NCBI RefSeq assembly: GCF_030144855.1
Contig: NC_082730.1
Span: forward strand, 2,542,001-2,606,000
Source: Hypanus sabinus
Lineage: Eukaryota
Direction: 5' to 3'
DNA length: 64,000 bases
Position 1 is the stretch's first letter. Each line of letters starts with the position of its first letter. This document shows, piece after piece, positions 23,211 to 35,139 of this stretch. The notes beneath the pieces were generated by a model. It made no database searches. It saw only the letters and a list, made by a program, of their open reading frames with translations, and was not told the DNA's origin. Position numbers and translations under genes: made by a program.

Positions 23211-24134
23211 CATATTTGATAATACATTTACTTGGAATAATGAGCTCATGGAAGCACAAATCAATTAATACACAAAAATTATTATCTACTGAATATTGTA
23301 TATATAAATCCTAATGTCTAAACATAATGTCTGTTGTATTTATTTGTCATTTTACGTACATTTTTAACATTCATCCTCCTCCCGACCCCTAATTGTCCAT
23401 GCTATGTCCCTACTGCACATGTGTAGTTTCTGTCGAGCACGAATAAATAACGGCCCTGGTCAACACCATGGTTTTCCCGAAATGTACCCGAAACCGCCAA
23501 ACCACAAACAAATGCATTATGTTGGCTATGAGAGCTCTACAAATATCAAACGTAACACAAATAAACTTTTACGCATTAAATTTAATAAACTTAAATATTA
23601 TTCATTCTCAGAATTGTTTATGCGTGTTACTGGCGTATTGGTTATGGCAAACGCGTACATATGACGTGAGTGTGTCTGTGTTTATATCTATATGGTGTAT
23701 ATTGTATGTTACAGTTATGCACCCGACAGCGTCCAGCAAAATGTGGTATCAAATGGGAAGAGATGTACCACGGTAAGTGTATTTTAAATCGAGGTTGTGA
23801 AATTATAGAAGTGCGGCCCAAGGCCAGTGACAGAGCCTTCTAACACTTTTATGGCCATGTTGCCCTTTTTCACTGCAAGAAAAACAAACATATCCTACCC
23901 TGGCTGTCTTTACAACTGAAATGCTCCGTGCAGGCAATATTCCAGTTAAATGTCGGCAGAAGGGGGTTGAACCTACGTCGGTCATGGTTCAATGGCAGAA
24001 CAGACTCGTTGGGGCGAATAGCGTTATTCTGCTTCTAAAATTATGGTCTGATTTTTCCTGTATCGGCTCAAGCACTATGACATATTTTTGCAACGGGTGA
24101 TCAGAAACGCAGGTCCGCTCTGACGATTCCTTTT

Positions 24135-26091
24135 TGTAACCCTTTCACCGGGCTCGGATACAAACTCGGCTCGTTATCTAATTCTATCAGCCACGTGACT
24201 CAACGGCAAGAAGGCCATCTTTCATAATATACGCCTATAGTCGGTATGATTTGGAGTTCAACCAAACAGGAACGTTGTGAATTAAACCTCGATTTGAACG
24301 AATGCTGTGTAAATACTGCCCATAAACAAATACGGGTCGTCAAGAAATAACAGACCATACACGGAATGAAATTATAAAGGAAGTATATTTACTAATTTCA
24401 ACTTTATCGAACAGCTTTTAAAAGATAGAAAAGAAAGGGGAAAAAAAGTAAGGAGGCCCATTACAGTTAGACTAGTCTAAATGTGCACGTAGCCTGTCAT
24501 GGTCCTGTCCGTGAATTCCGCATTCTGGTTCACCGTCCGGTCCGTGGACTCCGGACTCCGGGTCTTCCGGCTGTCCCTTGTTTCATTTGGGCTTATTCAT
24601 AGGCAGCTGATTCTCGCCTTGAGGCTGGGATTATAAGTGGCCCTGGGGTCGAATGTGTTTGCTGGGTCGTCTTGTCAGTATCCCCTTGGAGTAACCCGCT
24701 GGTGGAAGGCTAGAGCAGCCCTTCGTGATCTCTAGGCCAGGTTGGAGGACCATCGCTTTATGGAGCCTTGTTGTCTCTAATCGGAGCAGTCATTGTGGTA
24801 TGGATTCGGCCTTTTCTGAGGCCAGCTGAGTGGCCGTCTGTCACTCTGAGCTAGATATGCATTCGACTGTTTCCGTAGCCAGCCAAGGTTGCTGGCTACC
24901 CCGAGACTCGGAGCCGCCCTGGATTGAGCTCCCTCCCTGTCCTTGCCTCCAACAGGTAAGTCAGGCCATCTTTGTCATGACCCGGCGGTGGGATCTGTCC
25001 CTCCCTGTCCTTGCCTCCGTGTGGTAAGTCAGACCATCTTTGCCATGACCCTGCGGTGGGATCTGTCCCTTCCTGTCCTTGCCTCCGTGTGGTAAGCCAG
25101 ACCATCTTTGCCATTACCCTCAGGCAGGGCTGTTCTCTTTCCCTCTCCATCAGAATCCCTGACAGTTTACCTCGGCAGTCATCACGGCCCGGCGTCCAAG
25201 GAAGGTGCCCGGCCCGGCTAAAGCATCCTGGCCATGCATCCTAGGAAGGGTCCCGGCCCTGTCCTCCAAGAAGGAGTACCTCGTCCTGCCCAGGAAAGCC
25301 TCGAAGAACCCAAGGCTCATCTAGTCCTGTAGCCACGTCATGTCTTCGCCTAGTTCCGGGGTCTGAGCCCAAGTCAAGACCCAGGTTCTGGGTCCTTGTC
25401 CAGTCTCTGGCTCGGAGTCCAAGCCCAGGCTCCAAGTTCACAGCTCCTCGTGCTGGTCCCTCTTTCCTAGCCCAAGTCTGTGTTCCTGGCCCAGCTCCTA
25501 GTCTGTGTCCAATCCCGTTCTCTAACTCTAGTCAAGTTCAGTTCCCAGTACTTCAGTGGCTATGTCTTGCATTTGGGTGCGCTCCCAATGCCCCCGTATG
25601 ACATAACCATTGGAGCTCATTTCTTCCAAAGCTGGTATAACCATTTCTCTTGGTGCCGAACCTAAAAGTCTGCCTGGAAGTACCCACCACATTCCGAATT
25701 TCTTTCGAAGACCATCTCGAACAAAGTATCTCTCTCTCCTTGTCCCTTCTCCTTTGAGTCTGTCATCTGTACAAAGCACTTCTTGCAAAGAGTGCACTCC
25801 TTCCCATCGAATTCAGCGGAATCTCCTTCTCTCCCGCTCCGCATCTCCAGCCAAAAGACCCCAAACCAGCCTCCTGTCAGTCACAAATCCCTCTCCAACC
25901 CAACCTATCTAGAACCTTCTGCAGATCCCACCATCCTGATCAACTGACAGAGCATTCTAAGTTGAACACCTGGGCATCTTATCTTCAGCCAAAATCTAAA
26001 GATTCCACCAGTGAGAAACACTGCTTTTGCAGAAAACTGCTAAAATGAAATACCTATGCATAACAGTAGAAATCTTAACCAAGACATTACA
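24135..26091 (-). repeat. Solo LTR (~840 bp net) interrupted by a second solo LTR
   Basis: Minus-strand start TGTAATGTC (26091) and end GGGTTACA (24135); similar along its length to 26955-27663. Confidence 0.7.
24495..25603 (+). repeat. Solo LTR, 1109 bp, with internal ~60-bp tandem repeats
   Basis: TGTCA...TGACA termini, near-perfect 5-bp TSD TAGCC/TAACC, repeated cctccctgtccttgcctcc..gtaag.cag.ccatctttg units at 24930-25110. Confidence 0.8.
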
Positions 26092-26689
26092 TTTATAGAT
26101 TTAGTGCACAACTATTTTGTTCTACGACTTAACAACCGATTGGCTACTTTAACAGTGTGTCTACCTGAACAACCACCTCCAAGAACCTTTGTACTTGCAC
26201 GCATTGTCATCTTTCCTACAATTTCCTAAAACCTTACCATTAAAAATATATTTTCCCACCTCTGCAATATTGCAAAATGCAAAGTGTCATCTTCGTAATG
26301 AATAAATCCTGTCACCCATTTCTCATTCCATTTCCCCAACAATGAGGCTGTAACTCAGGAGCATCCTCCACGCCACAATCAACAACTCCAACATCCTTCA
26401 TGATAGCTGAGAATTTACTGATGTGATCCCTTACATCCATATTCAAATCATTTCAAATGATAAAGTCTCCATGTAGTATCACTGATGACCAGCATCCAAT
26501 CACGAAATCCTGGATCCACTGCCTCTTCTTTTGAAGCAATGATTTTACACAACATGCAAGATGGATCACACTGCTTTGGTGCAGAATGCGGTGACATGAT
26601 CAATACTTTATTGCCTTGTCCAAATGATCTATTTGATTGTGAAAGGAAAATCTTAAACCTGACGAAATCCTATTGGTGATTTTTCATCA

Positions 26690-26950
26690 ATCCAGGTGAT
26701 CAGTAATCCTCTCCTTCCGAACTTTTCATTATCTCCCCTCTCACTAATGTTCTAATTATCTCCCCCTCCCATTACCTCCACTGCACCCTTTCTAAACCAT
26801 CGACGCCGTTCTTATAATGAGATGGTCAGGTCTGACCAATACTCCAAGTGTGGTCTAACCGTAATTTTATAACGTTGCAGCATTCCCTCGTTGCTCTTGA
26901 ACTCAGTCTCCCGACTAATGAAAGTCAAAACAACATACAGCTTCTGAACC
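26690..26950 (-). mobile_element. CR1 3' fragment
   Basis: gaccaatactccaagtgtggtctaacc...ttgctcttgaactc, the reverse complement of the LVRPHLEYW region. Confidence 0.65.
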
Positions 26951-26954
26951 AGTG

Positions 26955-27663
26955 AAAAGATAAGGAGCAATGATGTTCAATTTAGAAAAGCTGCGTCAGC
27001 CAATTAGAATGGCGGAGTTGGGGAAAGGATCTAGAGAGAACTGGGCGGAGTGAGATTCGTGACGGACAGGATTTTTGCGGGATCTTTTGGTGGGAGCTGC
27101 GGACAGTACAGGGGGAAGCGGAGGTGGTTGAGGGTGCCGTGAGAAGGAGCAACCCACTTGCACAAAGTGTTTTGTGCAGACGAATGGCTCCAAGACTGAA
27201 GGCCGCACCTCCCAACAGAGCACCCGTTTATTCGAGGTGGATTTTGAGCAACGTTCACGCAGACGGTGGGTCCAGCACGTGAGTAAAAAAGGATAATTTC
27301 AAGATGAGCTGCACATTTGGATTGAGTTAACTGTAATTGGTTCATTTTTTCCTTTTATTTTTCCTCCTAAATGTACGATAAAGCTGAATATCTGTAAACA
27401 TACGTTCTTCATAACTTTATGCGATGCAGGCTGTTAATTCCTGCCGACCGACAATGGTGTATGAACAGTCTTTACACAGCATTCATTCAAATCGAGATTT
27501 CATTACGCGGAACATCACGGCATTCCTGTCAGGCTGATTCCCAAATCATACCGACCCTAGAGGTATTTTGTTCATGAAAGGTGGGCTCCTCACCACGGGG
27601 TCACGCGGCTGTTAGCAAAGCCGGCTCCTGAGTCATTTCCATACGAACCCGGTGAGGGTTACA
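26955..27663 (+). repeat. 5'-truncated solo LTR of the same family as 24135-26091
   Basis: Shared blocks (gttcaa.ttagaa, ttacacagcattc.ttcaaatcgag, ccaaatcataccgac) and the end GAGGGTTACA. Confidence 0.65.
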
Positions 27664-29515
27664 TTCCATTCCAAATTCTTCCTCACGGTGTGCTTCTCAA
27701 TGTCTTCGTTCCCATGGGAGGTTATAGAACACGTCCAATGAGAGATTGTCCCTTTCCTGTATTCCTATAATACGACTTCCACCCGTATTATAGTGGCCGA
27801 GACCTCAGTAGCTGAAAAGTATCTGAATTGCGTTTCTTTAATTTCTGTTGGTCTGGAATTTTGAAATAGTTCATTGGTGTAGACTCTTGGGATATTTCGA
27901 GACGACAGAGAGCTTTGAAGTATTAAGAGCATTTCGAGGATGGTAGATATCTCGATAGAAAACCATTTAATTATTCCTGAATCTGAGACTTGGCATTATT
28001 TTATTTTTTCATTATGTAATTTGGACTAGATTAACATGCCTAGTTTGCAAAACTGCTTTAGAGTGTTCTGTCATCCTGAGATTTCTTTTTGCACTCTGCT
28101 GCGTTTCCAGCCGATGCTGAAAGATTTGAAGACATTTATGTGATTAAAGTTCTGGCTTAGTTTGAGGTGTTTCTTTGTTTTTGTGGTTCAGTGACATTAA
28201 GCAATTCCAAAGCTATTCCTGGTCTTTATGTGCTGAATTGTTCGATAATCTCGATAAATTCGGTGGACAAGACCGTTTCTCGAAAGACATTGTCATTAAC
28301 GTCACAGCTGTCAAAGGGTTTCTGACGGTCTATTGTTGAAAACTGGTGTCACCTGCAATCCTGAGGCTGAAGATCATTCTGAGAAGATATGAGATGCTCT
28401 ATACGATTTTCACTCTGAACGTTTGGATAGTGGTGCGATGTTCGTCTTTTTATCGTTAAGATTTTATCATTTCGTTTTCCTAGCTGCTGTCCGAGGAAAG
28501 TGCAGAAGTCTTGGGTTCCACCTGGGAAGGCCTGATCTCGTAGGCTCATCGCTGGGGACATGTTTTGGGAGACTTTGAAGTTCATGTTGCATGTGCTCAC
28601 GGACAGTGGTTATTCTCTTATTTTTCTTGCTTTTGAGCAGTTTAATCGGGCATTTCGTCGAAGGTCCACAGTCGACTAGTAATGCGGCGGTGAACTGAAT
28701 GAACCATATTGAGTCGTCCTGTAGTGTACTCCAGGTCTAGTTTTTGATATTCTACCTGTTATTCGCTCGCATTTTCCCGTTTGTATAATTCGGGGTTTTC
28801 TTTACGCGGTGGGTTTTTGATGTTTCCATGCTGTTTCTTTGCTTCGTGGCTGCGTGCGGGATGGCGAATCTCGGAATTCTGTTATGCACACCCGCACATG
28901 CTTTGATAATAAATCTTTGAACCTTTGTTATGGACTAGTCTGCTGTGTTAATTTCCATCGCTTTATGGATCTGAGATTCTGGATTCTGAGAAAGTGATTT
29001 TTTGCGTCAGTTATTAGATCTATTTGTTCTGCTTTTCCAGACATCTGAACCAAATTACTATCAGCTCTTTAATGTATGTGATTTAAGGTTTTGTTTTGAA
29101 TTTCTGAGCCACCGCACGTGTTTATTACTTCAATAGTAATTCACTGTATGTCCTGGAGAGACCACATAATTCTGGGAAGCTCTGCTGAAAATCTTTATTT
29201 GTATAAGCATGTTATATTACGTTTTATTCTACACATGTATGTACTATTTGGCGCACCGGATGGAGGAACGTGTTAAAGTTGTTAAAATCCGTCGAGATGG
29301 CCCACGGAATTGAAGTGAAAGTCGGCCCTAATCTCATTAAATCGGGGTTGCAATGTAAACATGCACTTGCGGCGGAGCAGAGATCGTGAGGGGAGATGAT
29401 GGAACAATCCTTGGAGCACAGCGACAGCACAGAGCCTCACTAGAGAAACATTTTCGCACCCTGTTTATGAATTATGACGGTCACATGGGTCACGAGACAA
29501 ATCCTCGAAGTTTCC

Positions 29516-30426
29516 TCAGCTCCTTTTACACTGGATGCACTTTGCGATCAGTGCCAGCGGCGATTTCAGATGAGCTTTCAGCTGATCTCTGAACTTACTC
29601 TGGATCGTGGCGTAAAGAAAAGTATTTGTGCGGCAGCTCAGCAGCTTCAGCATCAAACCCAGTTCTTGCAGGAAAGTGGGTAGATCTGTAGTCACCAAAT
29701 TCAAAGCATATAATCTATACCAAATATAATACACCGTATACAGCGCCCACAAGAATATGAAATTACCCGAGATGACCAGCAGGAAAATGAGGGATTTCCG
29801 TCGACTCTCCATCTCTGGGTCTTTAGGACACTCGCCACATCTCATAATCTTGAGCCTCTTGCGGGCAGCGCTGGCTGCTAAAACGTGTTTGATTGTTGAA
29901 GCATTGAGTAACAGAACCAGCACAAATGGGACCACTGGCGTGAGGAGATAATAAAGGAACTCAATGGCTCCCCAGCTCGCTGAATCCAGCACTCCCTCCC
30001 TTTCACGACAGAACCAAGGGTCTTGCAGAAGAAGATATTGGCCCGACAGCATAAAATACCAGAAAATATTCTTCAAAGAGCTCAACACAATCACTGCTGC
30101 CAAAACCACGGCCGCCGCTCTCGCAGTGCAGTATTTGGTTTTCAGTTTCGGGTAACCGATAGCCACACTGCGATCGAATGTGAAAGCGACGGTGAACCAA
30201 ACCGAACAGTCGGTGGATGCATAAAGCAGAACGGCGTGCATATTACACAGAGGAATGGAATACATGAAAGCAAACTGCGTCCTGTACAGAATCGGAATTT
30301 GGTTGAGTATCAGATCGAAGAAAATGACGTGTAGGTCAGCCGCGGCCATGGCCAAAAGGTATAAAGAGACACAGTTTGAAACACCGCACTTTCCCCGAGA
30401 TATGATCACGATCGTCACCAGATTTG
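29516..30426 (-). CDS. Main coding exon of a GPR139/GPR142-like class A GPCR (end of TM1 through TM7 and C-tail)
   Basis: Open frame ANLVTIVIISRGKCG..YLLAMAAADL..DCSVWFTVAFTFDR..KYCT..PWFC..TPVVPF..DPEMESRRKS..LSCRTNTFLY..KFRDQL; acceptor ttattgtctctacacacAG ending at 30427 (phase 1). Confidence 0.9.
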
Positions 30427-31275
30427 CTGTGTGTAGAGACAATAAATACAATTAAAATAAATCATATTTGAGACTATTCTAAATGTTAGGACATTCACTG
30501 AAAAATAATCGTTTTCTTTGAAAGTCTATGTGTTACTGCTTGTGTGTATTCGAACACAAAGATAATATGCCTTTCAATATTCAAAGTTTAAAGTTTAAAA
30601 TAGATTCATTATCAAGTACTTATGCTGTATACAAACCTGAAATTCGTCTCCTTACATGGAACCACAAAACAAATGATCTAATTAGAACTCATTAAAAGAC
30701 GCCATAGAAGAAAACCATCAATCACCCAATGTGTGAAAAAGAATAAATCGTGAAACAATAAAATGTTAGCAAATAAGACAGTCGTGAACTGCAGAGTTCC
30801 CGAAAGTGAGTGCACAATCGTTAACCAGTTCAGCGCTGAGGCGTATGCTGGTAATTGCAGAGCTCGTCTGCAGAGGCAGTTCAGGGCCGAAGGGCTCTGA
30901 TCAAATGGGTTAAGTAGTAAAAAAAAAACAGTACAAGAACACATGAAGCATGAACTGCAGAGTCCCGTTTAGCGCTGAGGCGAGTGAAGCCCGTCCAGGA
31001 ACCCGATGACTGCAGGACAACAATTGCTCCGGAACCTGACGTTGTGGGACGGTCGCATCGAAAAGAGAACGAGTCTGGGTCTGGTCCAACGCAAGCAGAC
31101 GGTGCTGAACACCCGTACTCATCCTCGACAACTTAACTCTTGCTCTCGGATTTAATGGAAGCGGAGTAATGGAACCGATAACAGTTGGGTTCCTACTATG
31201 AGGTACGGACGCAGCGAGCTCCCCTTGGGATGGTCAGTAGGGATCGAGAGCTAATGTCTATGAAGGGGAATACAT

Positions 31276-31311
31276 TGTCGAATATGCAAACTGAGATCCT
31301 TCATCAGGATT
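31276..31311 (-). ncRNA. Degenerate minimal hammerhead ribozyme relic (probably inactive)
   Basis: AATC-CUGAUGA-aggatctcagttt-GCA-TATT-C-GACA; GAAA and stems are mutated. Confidence 0.5.
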
Positions 31312-31964
31312 GGAAATGAAGCAGGTAGATTCCAGAAAAAAAGGCGGAGGTGAGGGGACTGCTGCCCCGTATTAGCACAGACTCCTCAGAAAGCGATCTA
31401 GTGTTCCACTGCGGCCATCTCGCCATGATCATTATCCAGTGCCCTGAACAAACATGAGAGAATCACTAATCTTGACGATTGACGATTGAGGGCATATTGT
31501 CCCTCGACCAAAGAGGAATAATAATTTGATTAAATATATCAAACGCAACCGACCGGAAAAAGCATTATAAAAACTGACTGCGGGAATTCCAAAATACATA
31601 CATGGAAGGGTAACATTTAAGACGCTTATATATATATATATGAGAGAGAGAGAGAGTTAAACAATTTGTTTGAATATCTTAACAGAAAGCATAATGCCGC
31701 ATATATGTGACAATCAAGAATCTTCTGGTTTGCAAGGTGAAGAAAGTGATTATGATTCTAATAGGTAGGAGAGAACTTGCCGATTTTTGAGATCACACCT
31801 GCTCAGAACCTGGAGCACTGGTTTCGGGACATTTTACAACAATAAATAGTCCAGTTAATCGCAAAAAGGATCAGTAAGTAACACGTCATATCAGCTGGTG
31901 CTTTTCCACCTTGACAACGACAGGCGAATAAAACAATAGAAACAACTGACGGGTTACTTAAACC

Positions 31965-32070
31965 ACGAAATTGTTAACGCACACAAAATCCTGGAGGAAA
32001 TCAGCAGCCAGGTAGCATGTATGGAAAACAGTCGACGTTTCCGGCCGAAACGCTTCATCAGGACTTGCGA
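31965..32070 (-). mobile_element. PLE terminal-repeat relic or SINE-like element carrying a hammerhead motif
   Basis: acacaaaatcctggaggaaatcagcagccaggtagcat..gtcgacgtttc..ttcatcaggact. Confidence 0.75.
32030..32065 (-). ncRNA. Minimal type I hammerhead ribozyme motif (dimer-dependent PLE type)
   Basis: AGUC-CUGAUGA-agcguuucggccg-GAA-ACGU-C-GACU: stem I AGUC/GACU, intact core, palindromic ACGU stem III, GUC cleavage triplet; stem II has mismatches. Confidence 0.7.
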
Positions 32071-32930
32071 GCCTGGCGTCAATAGTGGAATTGATAAAAC
32101 GGCCACAATAATGTAAAATACAACTACTGTGAAACGGGATTGAGCAGAATTTAATTAGGAACATACATTTTTGTTTGAATCACCAATTGAACTTCGGTAG
32201 GATATGGCTTGTCAATGGATCCCAGTGAATTTGTGGTGGTGTTGACATTCTCAGAAGGTTTTCGGTAAGTCTATTACGTGATATTGGTTAACAAGCAGGA
32301 GCTCGTAGAATTGGCAGCAATGTAACGACGTGAATTGAGAATTGGTTATTCGAATGAACGAAAAGAGGTGGAGTAAACGGACCTGCCTCATGTCGGCGCC
32401 TTTTGCCAGCAAACACTACTGGGCCTCAAAAACCCGTGGTCTATGTCATCACTTTCACAACGAATTCCAGACGACTTAGATTCTGCTTTACTAAAGTAAA
32501 ATATGTCGGATTGTGAGGGCAGAGAAGAGTGTATAAAGACTTGAGGAGGGGGAATTTAGAAGCACAAATTCGAAGACAACCAACAGTAGAAAATAGCACG
32601 GAACACTTTATTGTTACCGAAGAGAATGAGTATAGTTGAACCGGAGAAGCATCAAAGTCTATTAAGACAAAATTCACCGTAGGCCAACACGCATGTCCAA
32701 CTAGAGGACGATTCAGAACAAACACAGTTTAATGAACATTTTCAAAACGCACGTTCCTCTTTTATTGAATGAAGATTTGATACACGACTAAATAAATCTT
32801 AATGCTATAGCGTAGATAATTCATTTGACAGCACCTAAAATATTAGATGAGGTTTGCTTTCGTTGAGTTAGATTGAGTTAATTATTCTAGCTAATCTAAC
32901 TATTGAGTCAGATAGAGCTCTTATGAGTTA

Positions 32931-33078
32931 GGTAGAGCTCTTATAGATAGCAGGGTCAAGGGATATGAGGAGAGAGCAGGAACGGGGTACTGATTGTGTA
33001 TGATAAGGCATGATAGTGAATGGCGGTGCTGGCTAGAAGGGCCAAATGGCCTACCCCTGCACCTACTCTCTATTATCT
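32931..33078 (+). mobile_element. Isolated CR1 3' tail (~150 bp)
   Basis: Near-identical to 34431-34575. Confidence 0.85.
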
Positions 33079-33520
33079 ATTGTTGCCCATCAAAGTGAGT
33101 ACAATTTACTTTGGTTGTTTTCTAAGTTGTATGCCCAGTAAGGTGAAGACTGACAACATTATTAGCACCAATTGTTTTCAGCTGAGAAAGAACAACAACT
33201 TCGAAGAGGAATGTCACCAAGCATCAAAAACATGTTTAAGCAAAAGGCAGAAAGGCAAAAGTGCCTGCTCAGAATTTCACAAACCCATGTTAATTTAATG
33301 TCTAAAATTCAGAATGATAATTGGCTGCTTGTAATCTATTAGTGAATGGAAAACTGAATTGCAGTGGATAGGTAAAATTTAATCAGTGCACACACTTATC
33401 TGATTCAAATTAAGTAAAATGTCATTGTGAAAATGTTCATATTTGGGGGTAGGGAAAATGAAGTTAAAAATTACTTAAGATACTTGACAGTGTCGACTTA
33501 AGGACATTATAAGTATATAC

Positions 33521-33521
<1 letters not shown>

Positions 33522-33579
<58 letters not shown>
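33522..33579. repeat. (TA)n microsatellite
   Basis: Perfect TA run. Confidence 0.95.
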
Positions 33580-33582
<3 letters not shown>

Positions 33583-33611
33583 CTTAAATATATATCGACT
33601 AAAAGTATATA

Positions 33612-34575
33612 CATTAATGATTTAGGTGAAGGGATTAAAAGTAATACTAGCAAATTTGCCGATGACACAAAGCTGGGTGACAGTGTGAAATGTCAGGAGG
33701 ATGTTATGAGAATGCAGGGTGACTTGGGCAGGCTAGGTGAGTGGGCGAATGTATGGCAGATGCAGTTTAATGTGGATAAATGTGAGGGTATCCACTTTGG
33801 TGGCAAGAACAGGAAGGCAGATTACTATCTAAATGGAGTCAAGTTAGGAAAAGGGGAAGTACAACGAGATCTGGGTGTTCTTGTACATCAGTCAATGAAT
33901 GCAAGCATACAGGTACAGCAGGCAGTGAAGAAAGCTAATGGCATGCTGGCCTTTATAGCAAGAGGAATTGAGTATAGGAGTAAAGAGGTCCTTCTGCAGC
34001 TGTACAGGGCCCTGGTGAGACCCCACCCGGAGTATTGTGTGCAGGTTTGGTCTCCAAATTTGAGGAAGGACATTCTTGTTATTGAGGGAGTGCAGCGTAG
34101 ATTCACAAGGTTAATTCCCGGAATGGCGGGACTGTCATATGTTGAAAGATTGGATCGACTGGGCTTGTATACACTGGAATTTAGAAGGATGAGAGGGGAT
34201 CTGATTGAAACATATAAGATTATTAAGGGATTGGACACGCTGGAGGCAGGAAGCATGTTCCCGCTGATGGGTGAGTCCAGAACTAGAGGCCATAGTTTAA
34301 GAATAAGGGGTAGGCCATTTAGAACAGAGATGCGGAAAACTTTTTCACCCAGAGAGTGGTGGATATGTGGAATACTCTGCCCCAGAAGAAAGTGGAGGCC
34401 AAGTCTCTGGAGGCTTTCAAGAGAAAGTTAAAAAGAGCTCTGATAGATAGCGGGGTCAAGGGATATGGGGAGAGGGCAGGAACGGGGTACTGATTGTGTA
34501 TGATCAGCCATGATCACAGTGAATGGCGGTACTGGCTAGAAGGGCCGAATGGCCTACTCCTGCACCTACTGTCTA
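33612..34575 (+). mobile_element. 5'-truncated CR1 LINE (RT C-terminal half and tail)
   Basis: SKFADDTKL, WQMQFNVDKC, LYRALVRPHPEYCVQVW (ORF 33685-34431). Confidence 0.95.
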
Positions 34576-35139
34576 AAGTATATAATTTCCACAGAAACAT
34601 GCGATGGTGATGCACTGAGGCACTCACGGGATGGCAGGTTTTCCGCATGAGGAGAGACTGAATAGTACAGATTTGTTCAGTTGAGTACATATAAAGGGAC
34701 AGAGATCTCCCCAACAGTTGTATTGAGGATCTCCTGTTTGCATAAACGTGCCATTTAACGCTGAAATGAAGTGAACTTTATTGGACCAGAGGCTCGCAAG
34801 TGCTTGGAATCTCTGCCTTGGAACGCTGAAATGTTCCGAGCATTTGTTCACATTAAACAAAGCCAAACACATTTCAGTTCAGTGTGGTAATATATGAATA
34901 GAGAATAGCACAGAAAAAAATACATTTGAGGAGGAAATTCACTATGTTCTGAATATACAGCCAGGCAGGTTCGATGGGCCAGGTGGCTAATTTTGTGCAG
35001 AGGAATTTTCAAATCGACGATGTAATTGTTATTGAATTGTAAATTGTTCCCATGATAACAAAACGTGAAAATTCCAATAAGAAGTACGTAATTATATTCT
35101 ATTGCAAAGAGTATTCTTTTATAGAGAAGATTAGAATGT

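Noticed and set aside
25528-25797. ORF with an integrase-like 'RYFVRDG...GH' look
   Set aside because: It lies within LTR sequence similar to 26955-27663 and crosses the nested LTR boundary.
27780-28620. Possible decayed coding sequence on the minus strand
   Set aside because: Multiple stops in all frames and no family recognised.
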